DNA of 52,630 bases. Origin: an uncultured Luteolibacter sp. Its GTDB lineage: Bacteria; Verrucomicrobiota; Verrucomicrobiia; Verrucomicrobiales; Akkermansiaceae. Every line of letters starts with the position of its first letter. Position 1 is the stretch's first letter. Positions 1 through 10,288 of this stretch are shown here, piece after piece. Both the position numbers and the translations under genes were made by a program. The notes beneath the pieces are model-generated. The model was not told where the DNA came from. It saw only the letters and a list, made by a program, of their open reading frames with translations, and did no database searches. The stretch covers positions 1-52,630 of the forward strand of contig CAZXHZ010000020.1 in assembly GCA_964639755.1 (NCBI GenBank), written 5' to 3'.

Positions 1-1
1 T

Positions 2-772
2 GGCGCGGCTGAATGGGTGATGGCAAATCTTTCCGGGATCGAGCTGCACAACAGTCTCATTCAGATTTCAGGGCCATGGTCTCGCATCAATGGGACTGAG
101 GCAGCGACCTGGCTTTCTGCTCTACCCGCATCGAAAGAGCGGGATGCTGCGCTTGAGAGCGCTCTTTTTGGTTGGGGCACGGTTGATCCTGTGGCGGCGG
201 TGGAATATGCGGGAGCAAAGGTCACGGACAAGGGATTGGCATCGGTCTTGAGGCGTGCTTCCTATGCCGGTTGGGCCAAGAGCGATCCTGTCGCGGCGGT
301 TTCGGCCAGCTTGGATTCGAGCCGAGGTCATGGCGACATGACGCAGTTTGCCAACACCTTGGCGAATTGGGCCACGGTGGATTTGGCGGCGAGCTCAGAG
401 TGGTTGATGAAAAATGTTTCCAGCCCCAATGAGCGCGCCGAAGCCGTGCTTGAGCTATCGACCATTTTTGCGAGGCAATCACCGGATGCCGGGCTTGAAT
501 GGATTGGTGGTTTGCCCGATGAAAATGAGCGCCGACTCGCCAGCAATCAATTTGCGGTTGATTGGGCTTCGGTTGATCCTGCTGCTTCGGCGAAGTGGGC
601 GAGCGGGCAGTCGCCGGGATTGCTATCGGACCAGGCGCAGATGGAGATTCTCCAAAGTTACCTTGCTGATGACGCAGCCGCTTTTGATCAGTGGCGCAAG
701 TCGTTGCCGGAGGGTGCTCTCAAACAAAAAGCGGCGGATCTTGTGGTGCCGGCGAATGAAGAGGGAGAATAA
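2..772 (+). CDS. Helical-repeat (DPxAAxxW) protein of Verrucomicrobia type, 5'-truncated by the window edge
   Basis: The frame is open from base 2 (GAAEWVMA...). Units such as WGTVDPVAAVEYA, WAKSDPVAAVSAS, WATVDLAASSEWL, FARQSPDAGLEWI and WASVDPAASAKWA recur about every 30-35 aa. Confidence 0.75.
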   Translation, partial: GAAEWVMANLSGIELHNSLIQISGPWSRINGTEAATWLSALPASKERDAALESALFGWGTVDPVAAVEYAGAKVTDKGLASVLRRASYAGWAKSDPVAAVSASLDSSRGHGDMTQFANTLANWATVDLAASSEWLMKNVSSPNERAEAVLELSTIFARQSPDAGLEWIGGLPDENERRLASNQFAVDWASVDPAASAKWASGQSPGLLSDQAQMEILQSYLADDAAAFDQWRKSLPEGALKQKAADLVVPANEEGE

Positions 773-779
773 ATCGATC

Positions 780-1922
780 TCACCTTTCCAGCATCCACGC
801 GATGTGCGGAGTGTAGAGGTTGGGTTCGAGTAGGAAGGAATCGTGACCTTTTTCCGAGTGCACGGTGATGTGCATGCAATCGACTTTGGCGCGCTCGAGA
901 TGCTTGACCAGTTCGGCTTGTTCTTCCGGGTAGAAGCAGAAGTCCGAATCGATCGAAAAGACCAGCCAGCGTTGGTTGGCGGCGCGAGAGCGCTGGAAGA
1001 GGGCGGCGGGTGTTTCGGCATCGCCTTCGAGCGTGGCATCGAAGCGTGACCAGAGATCGATGATGCGCAGGTAGGTGTTGGCGTCGAAGCGTTGCACGAA
1101 TTTTTTCCCCTGATGGAGCATGTAGCTCTGGAATTGGTCGCGCACCTTGTACCAAGCGAGAACATCATCGGGCTGGACGACATCCTTGCGGGCACGGCGT
1201 TCGATTGAGTTGAGGTGGACAAAGGTCTTGTGCGAGATCATACGAGCGAGCGCGAGACCATAGGTCGGCGCTTCGCCTTCGTAATAGTCGCCGCCGTTGA
1301 AGTGCGGGTCGTTTTCGATCGCGAGGATTTGTTCGAAAAGGATGAGACGGTTGAGGACCGTGGTTTTGAACCCTGATGCGATCGTGATCACATTCCGCAC
1401 TCGCTCGGGCAGGCGGGTGGCAAAAGTGAGAGCGACAAGACCGCCGACTGATGGCCCGATGATCGCGTGCAGGACATTGATTTCAAGATGATCCAGCAGG
1501 AGTGAGAGAGCGTTGACCTGATCGGTGGCAGTGACGGCTGGAAACGATGAGCCCCATGGACGGCCTGTTTCCGAGTTGATGGATCCCGGGCCGGTGCTGC
1601 CGTAGCATCCACCGAGGTAATTGGCGCAGATGATGAAATGCTTGGTGGTGTCCAGCGCCTTGCCGGGGCCGATCATTTCTTCCCACCAACCCGTGTGCAA
1701 TTCATCCTGCCAGAGCGAACCGGTTCCTTCGATGGACGAATTGCGTCCTGCGGCGTGATGCGAGCCCGAGAGCGCATGACAAACGAGGATGGCATTGGAC
1801 TTGTCGGCGTTGAGCTCTCCCCATGTTTCGTAAGCAATGCGGATCTGCGGCAAAGCGCCGCCATCCCTCAAGGGAAAGGGGCTGCCGATATCAAGAAACC
1901 GCGTGTGGGTCGCGTGGGCCAT
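780..1922 (-). CDS. metX: Homoserine O-acetyltransferase (alpha/beta hydrolase)
   Basis: IAYETWGELN..NAILVCHALSG, WWEEMIGPGKALDT, GGCYGSTGP, nucleophile GPSVGG, RFDANTY and catalytic His motif GHDSFLLE. Confidence 0.93.
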   Translation of the reverse strand: MAHATHTRFLDIGSPFPLRDGGALPQIRIAYETWGELNADKSNAILVCHALSGSHHAAGRNSSIEGTGSLWQDELHTGWWEEMIGPGKALDTTKHFIICANYLGGCYGSTGPGSINSETGRPWGSSFPAVTATDQVNALSLLLDHLEINVLHAIIGPSVGGLVALTFATRLPERVRNVITIASGFKTTVLNRLILFEQILAIENDPHFNGGDYYEGEAPTYGLALARMISHKTFVHLNSIERRARKDVVQPDDVLAWYKVRDQFQSYMLHQGKKFVQRFDANTYLRIIDLWSRFDATLEGDAETPAALFQRSRAANQRWLVFSIDSDFCFYPEEQAELVKHLERAKVDCMHITVHSEKGHDSFLLEPNLYTPHIAWMLER

Positions 1923-1969
1923 GTCGGGAGACTATGCGTTTGCGACGATTCGTGCAAGCTGCCTTGCTG

Positions 1970-3157
1970 TCATTTGAGTTCGCGGCGCAATTCGGTCACA
2001 CCGTCGCGGATTTCAAAGATTGTGCTGCGGATGTGGGCGAGCGCGGCAAGCTGGTCGGCATCTTCTTCGGTGGTCATCAGTTCCTGGCAGCATCCGACCG
2101 CCTCGTTGAGCCAGTTGAGGCAACGTTTCAAAATGGCCAGCACATACCCGGTTTCGGGTTCATAGCCGCTGCTGCGGTCATTGAGTGCGCCGGCGAGCTT
2201 GCCGCTGACCTGCAAGAGATTGGAGACGAGCACATAGGACGGCGATCCTTGTGCCGATTCGCCTGAGACGACATCCATTGCCCTTAGGGCAAGTTCCTGA
2301 GCGCGGGCCTGCAGCGGGTGCCTGTTGCGCTTCTCGAACGGATCGTCTTCATCTGCAAAGCCAGCTTCATGTTCGTCACTTTCAAAATCCAGTCTCCCGT
2401 CTGCATTCATCGCCGAATGATTTTCGGAATCGGGGTGGTTGGATGACTCGTCGCGCTCGGCAAGTTCCTCAAGCAGGCCGTCCCACCCCATCACAAAGGC
2501 CTCCTTGCGCTCGCAGTCGATGTCCTCCATGTATTTTTCCAGCACCTCCTGATAGGCATCGGTAAGGCGATCAGATTCCTTGAGGCGCCTTTCCCACGCG
2601 AACTCGTCCATGTTTTCGAAAAATTCATCAGGATCATCGCTAGGTTCGCGACGACGGATGATTTGCGCCATGAAGTCGCGCATGGCGTTGAGGTTCGCGA
2701 GCTTCTGCGCTTCTTCGGCGTCCTCGTCCATGTTCCATTCGTGCGGAGAAATGTTGAGTTTGAAATCGGTGGTTTCGATTACCACCCGGCCGTTGATTTC
2801 GCTGAACCATTCAAGATACAGGACATTTTTCCATTTACATGCAATTTCACCGCCATCGCGTTGGATTTTTCGCATTTCATCCTCATTGATAAGGGGCACG
2901 CGGGCTTTTTTCGAGGCAGTCATGTCGCCAATGATCCCCGTTTGGTTGATTTCAATTTCCTCTGAATCTTCGATTGGAACGGGTGAGGGGTTTGCAAACT
3001 TAAGCCTTGTGCCGGCAATATCACGCCAGCAATCGCCCTCCAGTGTTAGGGTCAGTGGTTCGGGGCGGCCTGCCAGCCAAATGCGGCCTGTTGTGCGGCC
3101 CTCGATAGTGTTGTCGATTTCGCCGCGGACGACTGCCTCATCAATTCTCCATGCCAT
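1970..3157 (-). CDS. Conserved hypothetical acidic protein
   Basis: Long ORF of about 395 aa from MAWRIDEAVVRGEIDN that fills the gap between metX and the FHA gene. It has D/E-rich linkers and a helical C-terminus. No family recognised. Confidence 0.75.
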   Translation of the reverse strand: MAWRIDEAVVRGEIDNTIEGRTTGRIWLAGRPEPLTLTLEGDCWRDIAGTRLKFANPSPVPIEDSEEIEINQTGIIGDMTASKKARVPLINEDEMRKIQRDGGEIACKWKNVLYLEWFSEINGRVVIETTDFKLNISPHEWNMDEDAEEAQKLANLNAMRDFMAQIIRRREPSDDPDEFFENMDEFAWERRLKESDRLTDAYQEVLEKYMEDIDCERKEAFVMGWDGLLEELAERDESSNHPDSENHSAMNADGRLDFESDEHEAGFADEDDPFEKRNRHPLQARAQELALRAMDVVSGESAQGSPSYVLVSNLLQVSGKLAGALNDRSSGYEPETGYVLAILKRCLNWLNEAVGCCQELMTTEEDADQLAALAHIRSTIFEIRDGVTELRRELK

Positions 3158-3302
3158 GTGTATGAATTTCGGCACGCATCGGGTATCGCGTCAAGCAGGC
3201 TTACGCGCCCGCCCGGCAACCTGATAAGTGGCCGCCCGCATTTTACTGTGTCCATTGCGGAAATTTGCGCTAAGATGCCGCCACAATAGTTGTTCGCCAA
3301 AC

Positions 3303-3908
3303 ATGCCCAGAGTGACCATTACCCTGCCGGGAGGAGTCCCACAACCTTATCGCTTTCAACTCGATCATAAATCGGTGGTGTTTGGTCGTGCCGCCGAGTG
3401 CGACATTCCAATTTCTTGCGGATCGGTGTCTTCAAGGCATGCGGAAATGAAGCGGGTTAAGGGCGGCTATGATTTGAATGACCTTGGTTCAACCAACGGG
3501 ATCAAGCACAACGGTCAACGAGTCGAGACGGTTGCTTTGCGTGCAAACAGCATACTTGAGTTGGGTGATGCGGTTTTTGAGTTTGAGCTAGGCCCTGAAG
3601 AAATTGCGGTTCTCGACATGGAGGCATCGGTGGGTTTCAGCCCGCACAGGATTGATGCCGCGAAAAAACTTCCTCCATTGCCCCAGCCGCTGGTGAGACC
3701 CCATTCCGAATATGTTGCGTCGGCGCAAACTGAACCGGATGTTCAGTCAAGCAAGGGTGTGCGCAAGCTGCTTTTGTGTCTTCTCGCCCTGCTGGCATTT
3801 TGTGTCGGAATGGCAGTTCGTTTTCAGAAAGATACCGGGCATTCGTGGATGGACGCGATTCGCGCTCAATTTACCAGCCGCGAGGCATTGTCCACGCCAA
3901 CACGCTGA
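3303..3908 (+). CDS. FHA-domain membrane protein
   Basis: FHA motifs FGRAAECDI, SVSSRHAE and DLGSTNG, then a Pro-rich linker and a C-terminal TM helix (LLLCLLALLAFCVGMAV). Start taken at MPRVTIT. Confidence 0.88.
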   Translation: MPRVTITLPGGVPQPYRFQLDHKSVVFGRAAECDIPISCGSVSSRHAEMKRVKGGYDLNDLGSTNGIKHNGQRVETVALRANSILELGDAVFEFELGPEEIAVLDMEASVGFSPHRIDAAKKLPPLPQPLVRPHSEYVASAQTEPDVQSSKGVRKLLLCLLALLAFCVGMAVRFQKDTGHSWMDAIRAQFTSREALSTPTR

Positions 3909-3973
3909 AGCCGTCGTCCCGCGGTTCTGTTTGGAGTTGAGTAATTTTGGGCATCGATTAGTTTCATGCCCGT

Positions 3974-4948
3974 ATGTTTCAATGGAAATTGTCTTTTGCC
4001 TTGATTGCTCTTGTTGGGGCCACGCTGCAAGTTCGCGCCCAAGAAAGTGAAGCCTCGCGGGAGAGCATTATTGTAGTCGAAGCCTACTCTGGCAAGGTGC
4101 TCGTCGCCGCTAATGCCACGGAGAAGCGACCGATCGCAAGCCTCACCAAGATCGCTACCGGTGCGGTGGCTGTCGACTGGGCCACGGCCACCGGTGCAGA
4201 CATCGCATCTCTGCGCATCAATGTTCCTGATACGATCACCCTGGTTGGTGGGCCTAACCCGATGAATCTTCAGCCGGGTGACCAAATCACCCTGCGCGAT
4301 GCGCTCTATGCAGCGTTGCTTGGATCCGACAACCTCGCGGCTTTCACCATTGCCGATCATGTGGGACGCCAATTGCTCTCGCGTCGTGGAAAAAGCGGTG
4401 ATCCTGTCGGGGAATTTGTGGGTGAAATGAATCGTCTCACCAAGGCGCTGGCAATGACGCAAACACGCTTTGCCAATCCGCATGGTTTGGAGCGACCGGG
4501 CATCAAAGCTTTCTCGAGCGCTGCGGATGTTGCCCGACTCTCGATTCATGCCATGCGTCGAAACGCCTTTTCATTCATCGTCAGGCAAAAAGAAAGACAG
4601 ATCACCGTTTACGGCTCGTCTGGCTCGCGCGGTTATTCAATCCGCAATTCCAACGATCTGGTTGGCGAACAGGGAATACTTGGCGTCAAAACAGGTACCA
4701 CAAGTGCCGCTGGCCCTTGTGTATCGGTGTGCATGGAGCGGGACCCCATGGTGCGAATAAAGCCGGATGGCACGAAGGGTGCCACTCCGCGACGCTTGAT
4801 CGTTGTCGTTTTGAATAATCCCGACCGGTTCAGCCGTGCCCGTTCTCTTATCAGCCAAGGCTGGGCAATTTATGATCCTTGGCTAGCTGCCGGCGCGCCT
4901 GTGAAGGACAGGCGCCGCGAACTGATCAGTGTGCCAGATCCGGGTTGA
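3974..4948 (+). CDS. D-alanyl-D-alanine carboxypeptidase (peptidase S11, DacA-like)
   Basis: Signal peptide, SxxK (IASLTK), SxN (GSDN), FANPHGL and KTG (GVKTGTT). Confidence 0.9.
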   Translation: MFQWKLSFALIALVGATLQVRAQESEASRESIIVVEAYSGKVLVAANATEKRPIASLTKIATGAVAVDWATATGADIASLRINVPDTITLVGGPNPMNLQPGDQITLRDALYAALLGSDNLAAFTIADHVGRQLLSRRGKSGDPVGEFVGEMNRLTKALAMTQTRFANPHGLERPGIKAFSSAADVARLSIHAMRRNAFSFIVRQKERQITVYGSSGSRGYSIRNSNDLVGEQGILGVKTGTTSAAGPCVSVCMERDPMVRIKPDGTKGATPRRLIVVVLNNPDRFSRARSLISQGWAIYDPWLAAGAPVKDRRRELISVPDPG

Positions 4949-5006
4949 AGGGCAGGTTTTTATGGCCTTCCCGCGTGGTCTTCCGAAGCTTTAGATAACA
5001 ACCATC

Positions 5007-6080
5007 ATGAAAATCGGAATTCTTAACAGCGGAGGGGATTGTCCCGGGCTTAATGCTGTGATCCATGGAGTGGTGGGCGCGGCGGATCAACTCGGGTGGG
5101 AGGTCATCGGTTTTCGCGATGGTTTTGAAGGTTTGCTTCCGCCGGGTGATTACTGTGTGCTCAAGCCCCGGGATACGATCAATATCCTGAAACTCGGGGG
5201 CACGATTCTCGGGAGTTCCAACAGAGGGCATTTCGCGGCGAAAGTTGGCAATGGAGACATCGCTACCGTGCCTGCGGAAATAATTGCCAAGGCCAAACGA
5301 ACCATCGACCAGCTCGACATTTCGGCGTTGATTGTGGTTGGTGGCGACGGCTCGCTAACCACCGGTTTGCAGCTTTACCGCGAGGGCTGGCCCATCATTG
5401 GCGTGCCCAAGACTATCGATAATGATCTTGGGGCAACCGCGATGACCTTTGGTTTCAACAGTGCGGTTGAAACCGTTGTCGACAGTCTTGACCGCTTGCA
5501 GACAACGGCGGCGAGTCACAAGCGGGTGATGGTGCTCGAGGTCATGGGCCGCCATGCAGGTTGGATAGCGCTTTGGGGAGGCATTGCTGGTGCTGCAAAT
5601 GTGATTCTTCTGCCTGAGATCTCGTTCGACCTCGACAAGGTGGCGCAATCCATCAGGCAACGCGACGCGCAAGGCTATCACAGCACTTTGGTGGTGGTGG
5701 CTGAGGGCGCAAGGATGCCGAACGGAGATACGGTCGCACTGGATGCGAATTGCGCTGGTGAGATTCGTTTGGGTGGCATTGGAGAACAGGTCGCAAAGCG
5801 TCTCCAGCAATTGACTGGCAAGGAAACTCGTGCATGCACCCTTGGTCATTTGCAACGCGGTGGCGCACCCACTTCACTTGACCGTATTCTCGGGGTGCGT
5901 TTCGGCGTCATGGCCGTCAAGCTCGCCGAGCAAGGTCAATTTGGGCGCATGGTAAGCTACCAATCCTATCGTGTTGATTCGGTGTCGATTGAAGAGGCTG
6001 TGCATCAGCTTCGTCTTGTTGAGCCGGATGGTGAGCTTGTCCGGGCGGCTCGAGCGATTGGCATTTGTTTTGGAGAATGA
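5007..6080 (+). CDS. pfkA: 6-phosphofructokinase (PfkA family, probably ATP-dependent)
   Basis: GGDCPGLNA, GGTILGSS, GGDGS, PKTIDND, EVMGRHAGW and LGHLQRGG. Confidence 0.93.
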   Translation: MKIGILNSGGDCPGLNAVIHGVVGAADQLGWEVIGFRDGFEGLLPPGDYCVLKPRDTINILKLGGTILGSSNRGHFAAKVGNGDIATVPAEIIAKAKRTIDQLDISALIVVGGDGSLTTGLQLYREGWPIIGVPKTIDNDLGATAMTFGFNSAVETVVDSLDRLQTTAASHKRVMVLEVMGRHAGWIALWGGIAGAANVILLPEISFDLDKVAQSIRQRDAQGYHSTLVVVAEGARMPNGDTVALDANCAGEIRLGGIGEQVAKRLQQLTGKETRACTLGHLQRGGAPTSLDRILGVRFGVMAVKLAEQGQFGRMVSYQSYRVDSVSIEEAVHQLRLVEPDGELVRAARAIGICFGE

Positions 6081-6138
6081 GGCGCGGCCATTTGAGCCTA
6101 ATTCGCTCCCATCTCGATATCCTTACCCCTCTCAAGCA

Positions 6139-6171
6139 AACGCCCCGTCTTGCAGAGCATGACGGGGCGTT
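6139..6171. terminator. GC-rich hairpin between the convergent pfkA and SSS genes; probable terminator
   Basis: Perfect 11-bp stem AACGCCCCGTC / GACGGGGCGTT. On the minus strand the stem runs into TTTG. Confidence 0.6.
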
Positions 6172-6315
6172 ATGAATGATTTTATGGTTTAGCCTGTAAC
6201 TTGCATTCGCTGTCAATAAGCCTTGTGAGCTGCGGTGGGTTTCGAGGCGCTCCTATTAAGACGAAGCTTGAATTCAACACCATAGCGAATCAAGTCCAGA
6301 CGATCACACAAGATC

Positions 6316-8019
6316 TCAGCTCAGCCAGAAGCTGAAGTAGAGATAACCTGCAAGGATGATGCAAAGAACCACGAATGTTCCGATATAGTCGGCGATGGTT
6401 ATGGACTGCCTCCACTCCGCAAGCTTGGCAGGGCTGATGGTGCGAACGGTAATGTTGTCGATTTTCTCTTTTGTAGGAGCTGGTGAGGTAAGTGAAACAA
6501 AAACAATGACGATGATGCTTATGAGAGTCAACCATCCGCAAGCGTAGTAGCCATTGTACTTTCCGATCGTGGTCAGCAATCCATCGCCCGTGAGGACATT
6601 CGATTGAGTCAGTGTTTGCAGGGTGAGCTTTGTCATGCCGGCGACAAATCCGACGAGCAGACCTGCAAATGCGCCGCGTGCATTGACGCGCTTGGAGAAC
6701 ATGCCGAGCACGAACACCGCAAAGATCGGTGGCGCCAGGAAACCTTGGAAGTTTTGAAGGTAGTCATAGAGACCTTTACTTTTTTCCGAAATCACCTTCA
6801 TCACCGGAATCCACAGAAGGCCGAATCCCACAACTACGATGGTGGCGACACGTCCCACGGTAACAAGACTCTGCTGAGACCTACCCGGGCGGAGCTTGTC
6901 ATAGATATCAACTGTGAAGAGCGTCGCACACGAGTTGAACAGCGAGGCAAGGGAAGACATCAATGCGGATAGAAGGCCGGCAACTACCAATCCGCGTAGG
7001 CCTAATGGCAGAAGCTCTGCTACCATGGTTGGGAAAATCTTGTCGCCCACAATCGAGCCATCAGGATTCGCGGCGATGTTCATGATGCCCTTTTGATGGA
7101 GCGCCCAACCGATCATGCCAGGAATGAGGAAAATGAATACCGGGAAGATTTTCAATGCGCCGCCCCAGATTGCGCCGCGGCGAGCATGTTGGATGTTCTT
7201 GGCGGCGAGAGTGCGTTGGACGATGTATTGGTCCGTGCACCAATACCAGACGCCGATGACGAATGATGCGATGACCACTCCGAGCCATGGGAAGTTCATG
7301 TCGGAAAGCGGGCGCCACAGAGCGAAGTTGCTGGCATTGGGTTTGGCGGTCGCGACGAGTTGGTTCCAGCCGCCCAGTTTGTCGAGTCCGTAAAATGTGA
7401 TAAAGAGCGAACCCATGATGAGTACGCCGGTTTGAAGCACCTCGGTATAAATGACCGCACGCAGGCCACCGAAAACAGTATAGACACCGGTAAGCAAAAC
7501 CGTGGTAAAGGCTCCCACCCAGAAGGCATTCTCAGGAGATCCAAATGTGTCTGGTAGCAAGGTTTGGAACACAATGGCGCCGGCGTAAACCGTCACCGAT
7601 ACCTTGGTGAACACATAAGCAATCAGGGAGACGATCGACAAGACCCAGCGCGAGCGTGCATCAAATCGGCGTTCAAGGAACTCCGGCATCGTGAAGACCC
7701 CTGAGCTGTAGTAAAAGGGGACAAAGAACCAGCCCAGTAGTAACAAGACCCATCCGTGCATTTCCCAATGGGCTTGGGCCATGCCGTTGTTGGCTCCCGA
7801 ACCGGCAAGGCCGACAATGTGTTCGGATCCGATGTTTGAGGCGAAGATCGAGCATCCAACCACGAACCAGCCGGCATGACGGCCAGCGAGGAAGTAATCG
7901 GATGTGTCTTTCTGTTTACCAGAAGACCAGTAGACGATGCCTACCAGAGCAAAGAAATAAATGGCGATGACGGACCAATCAAGGCCCACAAGTTGTGGAG
8001 CGGCGGCGATTATGTGCAT
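6316..8019 (-). CDS. Sodium:solute symporter (SSS/SGLT-like), probable L-arabinose importer
   Basis: DYFLAGR, FASNIGSEHIVGLAGSG, FTMPEFLERRF, WYWCTDQYIVQR and many TM helices. It is the last gene of the araBAD run. Confidence 0.92.
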   Translation of the reverse strand: MHIIAAAPQLVGLDWSVIAIYFFALVGIVYWSSGKQKDTSDYFLAGRHAGWFVVGCSIFASNIGSEHIVGLAGSGANNGMAQAHWEMHGWVLLLLGWFFVPFYYSSGVFTMPEFLERRFDARSRWVLSIVSLIAYVFTKVSVTVYAGAIVFQTLLPDTFGSPENAFWVGAFTTVLLTGVYTVFGGLRAVIYTEVLQTGVLIMGSLFITFYGLDKLGGWNQLVATAKPNASNFALWRPLSDMNFPWLGVVIASFVIGVWYWCTDQYIVQRTLAAKNIQHARRGAIWGGALKIFPVFIFLIPGMIGWALHQKGIMNIAANPDGSIVGDKIFPTMVAELLPLGLRGLVVAGLLSALMSSLASLFNSCATLFTVDIYDKLRPGRSQQSLVTVGRVATIVVVGFGLLWIPVMKVISEKSKGLYDYLQNFQGFLAPPIFAVFVLGMFSKRVNARGAFAGLLVGFVAGMTKLTLQTLTQSNVLTGDGLLTTIGKYNGYYACGWLTLISIIVIVFVSLTSPAPTKEKIDNITVRTISPAKLAEWRQSITIADYIGTFVVLCIILAGYLYFSFWLS

Positions 8020-8037
8020 GGTTTTTTGATTTGAATG

Positions 8038-8751
8038 TTATTGTGCTGTTTTTACTTGGTTGGATTGACCGTAGTAAGCGGCCGGACCGTGTTTGCGGAA
8101 GAAATGTTTGTTGAGTAGGTGTTCGGGGGCGGGATGGGCTGATGGGTTGATGGCGAGGGTTTTGATGGCCATGTCGGCGACGATTTCAAGAGCTTGCGCT
8201 GTTTCCACCGCCTTTTGGCCTGATGGCCCCCAAGCAAAGGGTCCGTGATTTCTAACAAGTACGGCCGGGACATCAAGCGGATTCATGCCGGCAAATCGCT
8301 CGACAATCACCCTGCCTGTTTCCCACTCGTATTCGCCGCCGACCTCTTCCGGGGTCATGGCCCGTGTGACGGGGACCGGCCCATAGAAATAATCACAGTG
8401 GGTGGTGCCAAAGCAGGGCAGATCCTTGCCTGCCTGGGCGAAGGCAACGGCACTGCGTGAGTGGGTGTGAACCACCGAACGGACGCCCGGGAAATTCAGA
8501 AACAGGCAGCGGTGCGTGGGCGTGTCCGACGATGGGCGGAGGCTGCCCTCGATGATGTTGCCATCGTAATCGAGGACCACCATGTCATCCGGCGTGAGTT
8601 TGTCGTAATCAACGCCGCTTGGCTTGATGGCGAAAACCCGGCGTTCCGGATCCGCTACGGACACATTGCCGAAGGTCAGATCGACCAAACCGGTTTTGGG
8701 CAAAGCGAGGTTTGCCGCAAGGCATTCCTCCTTGATGGATTGGTAGCTCAT
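8038..8751 (-). CDS. araD: L-ribulose-5-phosphate 4-epimerase
   Basis: LTFGNVS, IKPSGV, PSSDTPTH, HTHS, GTTHCDYF, HGPFAWG and HFFRKHGPAAYYGQ. Confidence 0.96.
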   Translation of the reverse strand: MSYQSIKEECLAANLALPKTGLVDLTFGNVSVADPERRVFAIKPSGVDYDKLTPDDMVVLDYDGNIIEGSLRPSSDTPTHRCLFLNFPGVRSVVHTHSRSAVAFAQAGKDLPCFGTTHCDYFYGPVPVTRAMTPEEVGGEYEWETGRVIVERFAGMNPLDVPAVLVRNHGPFAWGPSGQKAVETAQALEIVADMAIKTLAINPSAHPAPEHLLNKHFFRKHGPAAYYGQSNQVKTAQ

Positions 8752-8756
8752 TTGCT

Positions 8757-10277
8757 TCAGCCTTGAATGCCTTGGGCAAGGTGGAAATAGAGATCCGCCT
8801 GGCGAAGTTCGTTTTTGTAGGAACGCAGACGGGTTTGATAGTCGATGACGCTGAGTTCGATTTTCGCCATTTCCGAGAAGTCCTCAAGGTGCTCGCTTGT
8901 AAGGGCGTATGACAGCACGGTGTGATGCGCGCCACCGGCGTAAATCCATGCGGCAGTGGCGGTTTTGAGATCCGGCTGCGGGTTCCACAACACCCGTGCA
9001 ACGGGAAGTTTTGGCAGTTCGTTTTGCGGGGCAACGCATTCGACTTCGTTGACGAGGAAACGGTGGCGGTTGCCTAGATCGATGATCGAGCCATTGACTG
9101 CACTTCCCGGGCCGCAATCGAAAACCATGCGACATGGATCTTCCTTGCCGCCGATGCCGAGCGGGTGGATCTCGATCTTCGGAACTTCCGAAGCGATCGA
9201 CGGGCAGATTTCCAACATGTGCGCGCCGAGGATCATCGGGTTCACAGGATCGAGGTGATAAGTGTAGTCCTCCATGAAGGAAGTGCCTCCTTCAAGGCCG
9301 TGGGCCATGACTTTCATGATGCGAACCAAGGCGGCGGTTTTCCAATCGCCTTCACCTGCGAAACCATAGCCATCCTCCATCAGCCGTTGTACGGCAAGGC
9401 CCGGCAGTTGCTTCATGCCGTGAAGGTCTTCGAAAGTGGTGGTGAAGGCAGTGAAGCCGCCTTCTTCGAGCAAAGCGCGAAGGCCGATTTCGATTGCAGC
9501 GGAATCACGCAGCGATTGGTGGCGGGCTCCGCCTTTCTTCAGTTCCGATGCGACACGGTATTTCTTTTCGTAGGTATCGCAGAGTGCGTCGACTTGCGCA
9601 TCGGTGGCGGCGTTGATTTTTGCCACAAGGTCGCCCACACCATAGGTGTTGACCTCCCAGCCAAAGCGGATTTGCGCGGAAACCTTGTCGCCTTCGGTGA
9701 CTGCGACATGACGCATGTTGTCGCCGATGCGGGCGACCTTGAGGGTGCGCGAGGTGCTCCAACCGCGAGCGGCTCGTGCCCACGCAGCCAAGCGGTCGTG
9801 GACTTCCGAATCCTTCCAGTGGCCGACCACGGCTTTGCGCGGAAGGCGCAGGCGAGCTCCAATGTGACCGAACTCGCGGCCACCATGAGCGGTTTGGTTC
9901 AGGTTCATGAAATCCATATCGATTTCATTCCATGGGATGTCGCGGTTGAACTGAGTATGAAGGTCGGCGAGTGGTTTGCGCAGGATCTGGAGGCCCTCGA
10001 TCCACATTTTTGCCGGCGAAAAGGTGTGCATCCAAGCGATGATGCCGATGCAGTTTTCAGCCGAATTCGCATCGATGGCGAACTGCGTGATTTCGGCTGA
10101 AGATTTCAGCACGGGCTTGAAAACAATTTTGTGCGGGATTGAGCCCGTGGCATTGAGAGCGTCCACCACGATCTTGGCGTGCTCATCGACTTGTGCGAGA
10201 GCCTTCGGGCCGTAAAGATGTTGTGAGCCGGTGACGAACCAGATTTCGAGGTGGTCAAATTTGCTGATGTTGGACAT
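8757..10277 (-). CDS. araA: L-arabinose isomerase
   Basis: [62 protein letters not shown] and GGAHHT. Confidence 0.97.
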   Translation of the reverse strand: MSNISKFDHLEIWFVTGSQHLYGPKALAQVDEHAKIVVDALNATGSIPHKIVFKPVLKSSAEITQFAIDANSAENCIGIIAWMHTFSPAKMWIEGLQILRKPLADLHTQFNRDIPWNEIDMDFMNLNQTAHGGREFGHIGARLRLPRKAVVGHWKDSEVHDRLAAWARAARGWSTSRTLKVARIGDNMRHVAVTEGDKVSAQIRFGWEVNTYGVGDLVAKINAATDAQVDALCDTYEKKYRVASELKKGGARHQSLRDSAAIEIGLRALLEEGGFTAFTTTFEDLHGMKQLPGLAVQRLMEDGYGFAGEGDWKTAALVRIMKVMAHGLEGGTSFMEDYTYHLDPVNPMILGAHMLEICPSIASEVPKIEIHPLGIGGKEDPCRMVFDCGPGSAVNGSIIDLGNRHRFLVNEVECVAPQNELPKLPVARVLWNPQPDLKTATAAWIYAGGAHHTVLSYALTSEHLEDFSEMAKIELSVIDYQTRLRSYKNELRQADLYFHLAQGIQG

Positions 10278-10288
10278 GGGTGTGGTTG

